A stretch of DNA of 39,001 bases from a virus: UHGV virus genome UHGV-0059893; one strand, written 5' to 3'. The translations under genes and the position numbers were made by a program. The notes under the pieces were generated by a model that was not told where the DNA came from, searched no databases, and saw only the letters and a list, made by a program, of their open reading frames with translations. Numbering within the stretch: position 1 is the first letter of the stretch; every line of letters begins with the position of its first letter. Below, one piece after another: positions 25,324-33,342 of the stretch.

Positions 25324-26199
25324 ATGAAGTATATTCTTTGTCAGCCGGCAATCAATCGGTTTAAATGGGAGCTTGAAGTTTGTTTAACTAATCTGAAGAA
25401 ACTAGGAATCAAAGATATCGTATTGCTTTTCAGCAGACACGATGATCAGATTCCTAGTTTTTTTGAGAAGGAATATGGCGTTGAAGTTCATGTGTACGAT
25501 GATCTGCGGGACGACAAAGAGTATATTCCTTCGATTAAACCATATTTATGGTGGAAATATTTAGAAGAAGATCATTCGCGTGAGGATGACCGATATTTCT
25601 ATATCGATTCGGATGTCATTTTCAATAAGAAAATTAATTTGCGTAGATTGCCTTCTAAAGAGGATGTTTGGTATTGTAGCGACTGCTGTAGTTATCTAAG
25701 TCTTGATTATATTAGAGGCTGTGAAAACGGAGAAAATATTCTAAAAGATATGGCAAACATTGTAAATGTAACAGTAGAATCTTTGGAAACTATAAACACT
25801 AATTCAGGAGGCGCACAGTGGGTTATTAACCGTCCTAAAGCGAATTATTGGAAAAAGGTTTATCTAGATTCTAATCGGCTATATCGCTACCTTAGAGGGC
25901 AAAAAACAAATATACAAATCTGGACAGCCGAGATGTGGGCACAGCTTTGGAACATGATGTATTTCAATATTGGTCCTAAAGTTCACGAGGAATTAGACTT
26001 TTGTTTTGCTACTGATCCAATAGAAAAAGTTAAAGAAGTAAAAATCTTGCACAATGCTGGAGTAACAACAGCTGACGAAGATTTATTTTTCAAAGGGAGA
26101 TATGTGACCTCCACGCCTTTTGATGAAGATTTATCATTTGTAAACAAGAAAAAATGCTCTTACGCATATGCTAAAGCAATTAAGGCGGTGGTTAGATGA
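25324..26199 (+). CDS. Hypothetical 291-aa protein with a GT-A-like DxD motif (FYIDSDVIF). It is a candidate glycosyltransferase inserted between the capsid and connector genes.
   Basis: RBS AGGTGA lies 5 nt before ATG 25324 (the track starts at GTG 25315). DSD is at 25606-25614, ~95 residues from the N-terminus and preceded by hydrophobic residues. Such an extra gene in this position is atypical for HK97-like head modules. Confidence 0.6.
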   Translation: MKYILCQPAINRFKWELEVCLTNLKKLGIKDIVLLFSRHDDQIPSFFEKEYGVEVHVYDDLRDDKEYIPSIKPYLWWKYLEEDHSREDDRYFYIDSDVIFNKKINLRRLPSKEDVWYCSDCCSYLSLDYIRGCENGENILKDMANIVNVTVESLETINTNSGGAQWVINRPKANYWKKVYLDSNRLYRYLRGQKTNIQIWTAEMWAQLWNMMYFNIGPKVHEELDFCFATDPIEKVKEVKILHNAGVTTADEDLFFKGRYVTSTPFDEDLSFVNKKKCSYAYAKAIKAVVR

Positions 26200-26507
26200 C
26201 GCCTGAACAAGTGACTGAAGAATTGCTAATGGCTGTGAAGGATAATATTTACGTTACCTGGAACGAAGAAGACGAGTCAATTAAAAAGATGATAGCTAAA
26301 AATGCTGTTTATCTTCAAAGTAAAGTGAGTACAACTCTTTCTTTTTCTCCCGAAAGCTTAGAATACGGATTGCTAATCGAAAGATGTAGATACGACTGGA
26401 ACCGTGCTTTAGATGAGTTTGAGCAGAACTTCGCTAGTGAGTTATTAGGTTTCATTCAACATTATGCGCTACAAGAATATATTGCAGGTGATGGGAATGG
26501 CGAATAA
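26196..26507 (+). CDS. Head-tail connector / DNA-packaging (gp6-like) protein.
   Basis: ATGA overlap. ~100 aa. Conserved position after the capsid gene. Confidence 0.6.
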   Translation: MTPEQVTEELLMAVKDNIYVTWNEEDESIKKMIAKNAVYLQSKVSTTLSFSPESLEYGLLIERCRYDWNRALDEFEQNFASELLGFIQHYALQEYIAGDGNGE

Positions 26508-26850
26508 TCGTAGACTCGAAGAAACGTTCAACGATGGTTGGTTAAAGATTTTGACGCAAACTACCAAAAGAAATGAATTAGGAAAAAAGATTGGTGTAGA
26601 AGATACAGAAATCACTTCTTTAAAATTTAGAAATCTTTCCATGAGAGATAGCGATATAACAGCTATGGATGCGATGGGATCGAAATTAACTAAGAAAGTA
26701 AAGACTCCATTTCATCCAATCGCCAAGAAATTTAATAAAGATCAATATTTTATCGTAATCGATAGTATGCGTTACAACGTTATCTATGCCGATTACGATA
26801 ATTTTTATATCTATTTTTATCTTGAAAGTGTGGGTGAATATGGTGATTGA
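26497..26850 (+). CDS. Head closure / head-tail joining protein.
   Basis: RBS AGGTGA is 8 nt before ATG 26497 (internal Met of the track ORF). ~117 aa. Conserved position. Confidence 0.55.
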   Translation: MANNRRLEETFNDGWLKILTQTTKRNELGKKIGVEDTEITSLKFRNLSMRDSDITAMDAMGSKLTKKVKTPFHPIAKKFNKDQYFIVIDSMRYNVIYADYDNFYIYFYLESVGEYGD

Positions 26851-27241
26851 TAATTCTAAAGAAAAAGAACGTTTAAATACGCAAATTTCTGCTATCAAAA
26901 CTTCCTTAGAAGAACATTTTAAGCTCAAACTCTTTCAAGACTCTGTTGGCGAGGATGAGCTACCTGATGATTTTAATTATTTCATTCTCGAAACAGGAGA
27001 AATAGAAATGATCACTGAACCAAAATATAGCGTGGGTCAAAATCTATATCTAACTTTCTATTCAGAAAATAGAGAAGATTTAACAGGAGATTCACTAGAT
27101 ATTATTTCATTGATTCAAAATCGTTCGATTCGTTTTCAGAGAATGGATCCCAATCATTTAAAACTAGAGAATCAAGATCGCTATATTGATCAACTGGTGT
27201 TTACATTTAGACGATTATTGAAGAGTGATTGTCATGGCTAA
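26840..27241 (+). CDS. Tail-completion / neck protein (HK97 gp10-like position).
   Basis: I place the start at the internal ATG 26840, which overlaps the previous gene by 11 nt. The upstream part of the track ORF is a hydrophobic junk extension. Confidence 0.5.
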   Translation: MVIDNSKEKERLNTQISAIKTSLEEHFKLKLFQDSVGEDELPDDFNYFILETGEIEMITEPKYSVGQNLYLTFYSENREDLTGDSLDIISLIQNRSIRFQRMDPNHLKLENQDRYIDQLVFTFRRLLKSDCHG

Positions 27242-27638
27242 AAATAGTTGGGAGTTAAAAATAAATGGGCATGATGAACTTCTTGTGCGGATGGAACGCT
27301 ATTCAAGTGAGAGCGAACGACTGATTAACGAAGCATTGAAATCAAAGGGTTCAGATATGGCAGTGGATAGGATTACGGAAAAAATTCCTGTTTCTGAAGC
27401 AGATTTAAGAAGAGGACACCAACACGCAAAAAATAGTCGTCCACTTAAGACTCAATATATTAATTTAGGTTTCATCATTAGACCTACAAAAAAATTTGAG
27501 TATTTAAAATATCCTGATTTGGGGATAGGTACTTCTAAAAGAAATCAGCCAGACGAATTCATGAGAAGAGGATTAGGTCTTGCACTTGATCCAATTACAG
27601 AACTTCTGATTCGTCAATTCGATAAATTAAATAAATAG
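27234..27638 (+). CDS. Tail terminator / tail-component protein.
   Basis: I place the start at MAKNSWELK (ATG 27234), overlapping the previous stop. ~134 aa. Conserved position before the major tail protein gene. Confidence 0.5.
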   Translation: MAKNSWELKINGHDELLVRMERYSSESERLINEALKSKGSDMAVDRITEKIPVSEADLRRGHQHAKNSRPLKTQYINLGFIIRPTKKFEYLKYPDLGIGTSKRNQPDEFMRRGLGLALDPITELLIRQFDKLNK

Positions 27639-27649
27639 GGGGAACAACA

Positions 27650-28255
27650 ATGGCTAAAACAACAACTGTAGTAACAACGTTCGATAACGTGAGTATCAAA
27701 CGAATTGCTTTTAATTTTAAGAACGCAGAAAATGCAATCGCAACAGATTGTAACGGACAATTAGATGGCGAAACAGAAATGCAAACGGTGGTTAAAAAAT
27801 GTGGAGCGACAGAAGTAAAATCAAAATCTAAACCAATCAATATGACGGTAACAATTACTGCACATGTACCAATGGAAGTTTATCGACGTTTCAATGGATT
27901 GAGACAAGATGAGCGTATTAAACCAGGTATTTACTCTTACGGTCCTGATTCCGTAGGCGAAGATTTCTCACTTGCTGCAGAGATCGTGGATGACTTCGAA
28001 GAAAATAGCAAGTTAGTTGGTATGTTAGCATGCACTTCAAATACAGGATTAACATTCTCTATTGAAAATGGTGCGGATGAAGTAGCTGCGTTAGAACTAG
28101 AAACAAAAGTTATGCAAGATGAATTTGGTAAATTCTATCATGAAGCAATTGTTGCAGAACTTGAAGAAGACTTAACAGATCAATGGATGACGAATCTATC
28201 TGCTGATGTGATTAAAAAGAGTTCAACAACCACTACTACAACGACACAAGCTTAA
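27650..28255 (+). CDS. Major tail (tube) protein with a C-terminal tail SSTTTTTTTQA.
   Basis: Strong RBS GGGGGAACAACAATG. 201 aa. Position before the chaperone and tape measure genes. Its C-terminal ten residues are identical to the C-terminus of the capsid protein. Confidence 0.75.
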   Translation: MAKTTTVVTTFDNVSIKRIAFNFKNAENAIATDCNGQLDGETEMQTVVKKCGATEVKSKSKPINMTVTITAHVPMEVYRRFNGLRQDERIKPGIYSYGPDSVGEDFSLAAEIVDDFEENSKLVGMLACTSNTGLTFSIENGADEVAALELETKVMQDEFGKFYHEAIVAELEEDLTDQWMTNLSADVIKKSSTTTTTTTQA

Positions 28256-28276
28256 ATATAAAACGGAGGTAGCGAA

Positions 28277-28639
28277 ATGAACGAAGATTACTCAAAAATT
28301 GAACTAAACGATGGAACAATTTTGAATTTAGAACCTAAACTGAATATCAAGAAATTATTGATGATCAATAGAGATTTTAACACAGACGAGTTTGCAAAAA
28401 TGTCGATGGGAAAAGGCTCTATGGATATTACAGTTATTCAAGGTGCAAAAGCCGTATATGTAGCTTATCGTCAAGCGAACATGGTCGATTACATTTCATT
28501 CGATGAATTTATCGATAAATGGGATTTTGATATGGAGGTTGCAGTAGCTGTATACAGTACTATGATGTTCAAACAAGCACGAGATGCCTATCAAAAAGAA
28601 TTCGAAAAAGCAAATAAGGAAAAAAAGCTTCAAAAGTAA
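28277..28639 (+). CDS. Tail assembly chaperone (gpG-like), short form.
   Basis: RBS ACGGAGGTAGCGAAATG. 120 aa, acidic. Located immediately upstream of the tape measure gene. Confidence 0.7.
   Translation: MNEDYSKIELNDGTILNLEPKLNIKKLLMINRDFNTDEFAKMSMGKGSMDITVIQGAKAVYVAYRQANMVDYISFDEFIDKWDFDMEVAVAVYSTMMFKQARDAYQKEFEKANKEKKLQK
28621..28627 (+). other. Programmed -1 ribosomal frameshift slippery heptamer A_AAA_AAG, in register with the chaperone reading frame.
   Basis: Zero-frame codons are gaa|AAA|AAG|ctt. The -1 frame is open from here through 28824 (AAA AAA GCT TCA AAA GTA AAA ATG CCA...). Confidence 0.65.
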
Positions 28640-28641
28640 AA

Positions 28642-28824
28642 ATGCCAAAGCTCTTAGTTGAAACGTGGGTCGATGTCTATTCGATGTTGACCGACGTTTT
28701 TTCTATGCCTTCAGATTTGGTTTTAAGCGATATCTGTTTAGATGATATTTTGCAAATGGCTTACAACAAGAGCGCTTATGAAGGATGGAAGAACTATGCA
28801 ATAAACCAATCTCAGAAAAACTAA
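28642..28824 (+). CDS. gpT-like C-terminal extension of the tail assembly chaperone. It is expressed by -1 frameshifting as a ~182-aa G-T fusion.
   Basis: ORF in the -1 frame overlapping the end of the G-like gene. The classic G/GT arrangement upstream of the tape measure gene. Confidence 0.55.
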   Translation: MPKLLVETWVDVYSMLTDVFSMPSDLVLSDICLDDILQMAYNKSAYEGWKNYAINQSQKN

Positions 28825-28840
28825 AGAAAGGAGGTAAAAA

Positions 28841-31800
28841 ATGGCTAAAAAGAGAACAGAAGCAGAAGTAACATTCATAGCTAACGATGACGGATTGAAA
28901 TCTACGTTAAAAGAAATCAGTGCTGAATTAACTAAAAATAGAGCAGAATTAAAACTAGAACAAGCTCAATTACAACAGACTGGTTCTGAATCAGACAAGT
29001 TAGGAAGTAAATTATCTTCTTTAGAAAAGCAGTATGAATTACAAAGTCAAAAAGTTGAAGTAACTAGCCAACGTTTAGCCAATGCCAAAAAATATTATGG
29101 AGAAAATTCCACCGAAGTTCAGAAACTTGAGAGAGAACTGATTAACCAACAAACAGCGCAACAACGTTTGTCAAACGAAATTGATAAAACGAGTAATGCA
29201 CTAGCTCAAGCAAAAGGCGAAATACAGACGTACGAGTCTACAATGCAACAGTTGGATAGTGAACAAAAAAATGTTCAAGCTAGTGCTTCTCTGATTGAAT
29301 CCGAATACAAAAAATGGCAAGCAACTGCTGGTCAATCAGCTTCTGAATCCGAGAAATTAGCGAAAGCCCAAGAATATGTTTCTCAACAATCTGAAAATGC
29401 AGAGAAAACGATAGATATCCTGAGACGACAGTTAGAAGCTACACAGTCTGAGTTTGGCGCTACATCCACAGAAGCAATGCAGATGGAGGCGAAGCTTAAT
29501 GATGCTGAACGTGAATTTGAAGAGTTAGGACAAGCTGCTAAAAATGTAGATACAACTAACTTGGACGATATCGGAAGCAAAATAGATATGAATAATCTAA
29601 TGGAAGCTTCTGACGTTTTAAGCGACATTGGCGATAAGCTTACAGAATTAGGGAAACAAGCAGTGGACTCTGCTAATAGTGTAGGTAGTTCCCAGAGTAA
29701 AATACAAGCTAATTTTGGTTTGACTAAACAAGAGGCTGAAGAATTAACGAATGTAGCCAGAGACATTTATTATAAAGGTTTTGGAGAATCGTTAGATCAG
29801 TCCACAGATGCATTGATTTTGGTAAAGCGTAATTTAGGCGATTTAAATAATCAAGATTTACAAAATATCACGGAACAAGCTATGGTCCTAGAAAACACCA
29901 TGGGCGCTGATATGGATGAAACGTTACGTGGTGTAAATGGCTTAATGGTCAATTTCGGCTTGAGCGCTCAAGATGCAATGGATTTAATGGTTTCGGGTAC
30001 TCAAAACGGTTTAGATAAAACGCACGAATTAGGCGACAATATGGCAGAATATAGCCAATTATGGAGTCAAATGGGATATTCAGCTGATGAAACGTTCGGA
30101 ATGCTTCAAAATGGTTTAGATGCGGGTGCTTATAACCTTGATAAAGTCAATGACTTAGTTAAGGAAATGGGAATATCGTTAACAGATGGTCGATTTGAGC
30201 AAAACATGGATATGTTTAGTGAAAGTACTAGAAAAGCTTTTGAAGAGTGGAAAAATGGCGGAGGAACACAAAAAGACGTTATTAATTCCATGATTCAAGA
30301 TTTTAGCAATATGGATGGTCAATACGACCAATTAAATAAAGCTTCTACAATTTGGTCTGCACTTGGCGAAGATAACGCGATGAAAGTTGTCCAATCTTTG
30401 ACTGATGTTAACCATACATTTGATGATGTTAGTGGATCTGCACAAAAAATGAATGAAGATTCTACTACTCCGTTACAAGAATTAAACGGAAAAATAGCTG
30501 AATTAAAGGATTCATTAGCTCCTATAGGCAACACAATCATAGATGCACTCGAACCAGTAATTGATTTTCTAGGAAAGATGGCTGATGCGTTTAATAATCT
30601 TCCACAACCAGTACAGGATTATGCCGTAGCGATTGGCGGATTGACTGCTGCATTTACTTTATTAATGCCAATAATAGTTGGCTTCATGGCTCTAGGTGGT
30701 CCTACTACATTAATAATAGGAGCAGTTATTACTGTTATTGCTGGAGTTATAGCAATTATAAAAAACTGGGGCGCAATTACTGACTGGTTTAAGGGAATAT
30801 GGAGTAAATTCACTGATTGGTTGGGTGGTACTTGGGAAAGTATAAAAGAAGGTGCCTCATCAGTTTGGGATGGAGTTAAAGAAACCTGGTCTGGATTTGT
30901 AGATTGGGTTCAAGATATTTGGCAAGGAGTTTCTGATTGGTTTGGAGAGCTATGGAGCGGATTAGTTGAAGGAGCTTCCAACATCTGGCAAGGAGTCCAA
31001 GAGACTTGGAGCGAGTTTGTTAGCGATGTAAAAGACTTATGGAAAGGATTAACTGAATGGTTTAATAACTTATGGGAGTCTTTAACCAAAGGTGCATCAA
31101 ATATATGGCAAGGGGTAAAAGAAACTTGGCAGAACTTTGTTGATTGGGCAGCAGATATTTGGGATGGCGTAAAGAAAGTTTGGTCAATCATATGGGCTGA
31201 TATTGTGGGTATTGTGCAAATCCCATGGACATTCATCACATCAATTATTCAAGCGGCTATTAATGTTATTGTAGGCATTTTTGATGTAGCTAAACAGCTA
31301 TTTTATGTAGCGTGGCAAGCTATTTGGATACCTATTTCTGAGTTCTTAAGTAATACATGGAATAGTATGACAAATTTCCTAATGAATACATGGAATAATA
31401 TCATTACTACATTGCATAATGTATTTGATCCTATTGTGACATGGTTTTCCAGTGTATGGGAAAACATACAAAATACATTAACAATGGTGTGGAATAATAT
31501 TCTAACTGTATTAACAAACACTTGGAATACTATTTCTCAAACGGCAATTGCAATTTGGCAACCTATTCAATATTTTATTATTAATTTGTCCCATGCTATT
31601 TTGGATGGGATTGTAAATATTTGGAATAGTATTGTATCTTGGTTGACTGGTACATGGAATACAATAGCAAGTACAGCTAGTACCGTATGGAATAGTATCA
31701 AACTTATAGTTTATAATCTAGTCCAATCAACAAAAGACGGTATAATCAGCGTGTGGACTGCTGTCACAAGCTGGTTAACTGATAAATGGAATTCAATCAG

Positions 31801-32545
31801 CTCTACAGCATCAAATATCTGGAATAGTGTGACTAGTAGTATAAGCAATGCTATAAATGCAGCCAAAAGCGTGATTCAAAGTGTTTGGAATAGTATATCT
31901 TCGTGGATCAGCGGAATTTGGAACGGTATCAAAAACACTGCTTTGAATCTTTGGAATGGAATTACAAGCACTATTAGCTCTAAAGTAAACGATGGAAAAA
32001 ATGCAATTTCAAGCGGTTGGTCCAATCTAACAGGTATTGTTTCCGACATATTCAATAATGTTAAAAGTACAATTGCTAACATTTGGGAAGGTATCAAAAA
32101 GACTGTTAGCGCTCCAATTGATTGGATCAGAGATAAAATCAGTAGTATCTTTGATAATTTGAATATTTCTATACCACATATTCCGTTACCACATTTTAAA
32201 TTGAGCGGAGAATTCAATCCATTGAAGGGGAAAATCCCAACGTTGGGTGTTGATTGGTATGCGAAAGGTAGTGTGTTTAATTCTCCGAATATTATCGGTG
32301 TCGGCGAAGCAGGACCTGAAGCAGTTTTACCTTTGAAAAGATCTGTGCTGCAAGAAATTGGTGATCGTATCTTGAGTAGCACCTCAGTTTCATCTAGGGC
32401 ACAAACGATTCAACCTGTGAACAATTACGAATTCAATTTCACAATTGATGGTAACGCAGATGAGGTTACTATGAAGCAAACAACTCAACAAATCATTGAT
32501 AGCATTACAAAAGTTCAAAATGATAATGCTTCGGCATGGCGTTAA
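28841..32545 (+). CDS. Tail tape measure protein (1234 aa).
   Basis: RBS AAGGAGGTAAAAAATG. N-terminal coiled coil. Central hydrophobic segments (AVAIGGLTAAFTLLMPIIVGFMALGG..IIGAVITVIAGVIAII). A long array of 11-residue Trp-periodic repeats. Position before the Dit and Tal genes. Confidence 0.9.
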   Translation: MAKKRTEAEVTFIANDDGLKSTLKEISAELTKNRAELKLEQAQLQQTGSESDKLGSKLSSLEKQYELQSQKVEVTSQRLANAKKYYGENSTEVQKLERELINQQTAQQRLSNEIDKTSNALAQAKGEIQTYESTMQQLDSEQKNVQASASLIESEYKKWQATAGQSASESEKLAKAQEYVSQQSENAEKTIDILRRQLEATQSEFGATSTEAMQMEAKLNDAEREFEELGQAAKNVDTTNLDDIGSKIDMNNLMEASDVLSDIGDKLTELGKQAVDSANSVGSSQSKIQANFGLTKQEAEELTNVARDIYYKGFGESLDQSTDALILVKRNLGDLNNQDLQNITEQAMVLENTMGADMDETLRGVNGLMVNFGLSAQDAMDLMVSGTQNGLDKTHELGDNMAEYSQLWSQMGYSADETFGMLQNGLDAGAYNLDKVNDLVKEMGISLTDGRFEQNMDMFSESTRKAFEEWKNGGGTQKDVINSMIQDFSNMDGQYDQLNKASTIWSALGEDNAMKVVQSLTDVNHTFDDVSGSAQKMNEDSTTPLQELNGKIAELKDSLAPIGNTIIDALEPVIDFLGKMADAFNNLPQPVQDYAVAIGGLTAAFTLLMPIIVGFMALGGPTTLIIGAVITVIAGVIAIIKNWGAITDWFKGIWSKFTDWLGGTWESIKEGASSVWDGVKETWSGFVDWVQDIWQGVSDWFGELWSGLVEGASNIWQGVQETWSEFVSDVKDLWKGLTEWFNNLWESLTKGASNIWQGVKETWQNFVDWAADIWDGVKKVWSIIWADIVGIVQIPWTFITSIIQAAINVIVGIFDVAKQLFYVAWQAIWIPISEFLSNTWNSMTNFLMNTWNNIITTLHNVFDPIVTWFSSVWENIQNTLTMVWNNILTVLTNTWNTISQTAIAIWQPIQYFIINLSHAILDGIVNIWNSIVSWLTGTWNTIASTASTVWNSIKLIVYNLVQSTKDGIISVWTAVTSWLTDKWNSISSTASNIWNSVTSSISNAINAAKSVIQSVWNSISSWISGIWNGIKNTALNLWNGITSTISSKVNDGKNAISSGWSNLTGIVSDIFNNVKSTIANIWEGIKKTVSAPIDWIRDKISSIFDNLNISIPHIPLPHFKLSGEFNPLKGKIPTLGVDWYAKGSVFNSPNIIGVGEAGPEAVLPLKRSVLQEIGDRILSSTSVSSRAQTIQPVNNYEFNFTIDGNADEVTMKQTTQQIIDSITKVQNDNASAWR

Positions 32546-32595
32546 ACAGGAGAGTATTTCTCCTGTTTTTTTAGTATTAAAAAGGATGTGAAAAA

Positions 32596-33333
32596 ATGAC
32601 TGATTGTATACATTCTATAATCGATGGATTTCCTGATTATTTGCATAAATTGGCTTTAGCTGAAAGACCAACCATACCTTCTCCAAAAAGACAGAGAGTT
32701 GAAACTTCTGTTTTAGGAAGGTTAGGTGGCTTAGTACAAGATTACTCGTTTGAAGACATGTCGTTTACATTGCACTATAACTATTTAGAGGATGTGGAAG
32801 ACCATCAAGCGTTCAAGCAATCGTTTTATATCATGCGTCATTGGTTAAATTATGCAAAGAAATTAGAATTCTCTGATGATCCCAACGTCTATTATGTTAT
32901 CCAGACTATCGATATTGGGGATGCAGAAAACGATATTGTTGAATGGGGAGAGTTCGATGTAAATATTACTGCGAAACCATTCGCAAGAGTTCAAGAAGAT
33001 GTACCTATAACCGTAGATAAACCACAGTCATTTAACTTGCTGAATAATAGTTTAGAAGAAAGTTTTCCAAAGATTATCATCACTCCTTCAGCTACTTCAT
33101 GCCAGTTCATCTTAAATGATTATGTGTTTAGTTTTGAAGGCTTAGTAGTAGGAACTGACGTAGTCATTGATAGTGATTTGATGCTTTGCTACGAAGAGCA
33201 ATCGGACGGAGATATTTTAGATCGGTCCAACAAAATGAAGACCATGCAATATCCGACATTGCAAGTGGATATTAATTATTTTAATTGTACTGGTTTGAGC
33301 AAAATACAAATTTATCGTAATGGGTTAAGGTAG
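32596..33333 (+). CDS. Distal tail protein (Dit).
   Basis: RBS AAAAGGATGTGAAAAAATG. 245 aa. Conserved position after the tape measure gene. Confidence 0.7.
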   Translation: MTDCIHSIIDGFPDYLHKLALAERPTIPSPKRQRVETSVLGRLGGLVQDYSFEDMSFTLHYNYLEDVEDHQAFKQSFYIMRHWLNYAKKLEFSDDPNVYYVIQTIDIGDAENDIVEWGEFDVNITAKPFARVQEDVPITVDKPQSFNLLNNSLEESFPKIIITPSATSCQFILNDYVFSFEGLVVGTDVVIDSDLMLCYEEQSDGDILDRSNKMKTMQYPTLQVDINYFNCTGLSKIQIYRNGLR

Positions 33334-33342
33334 GTGAAATAG

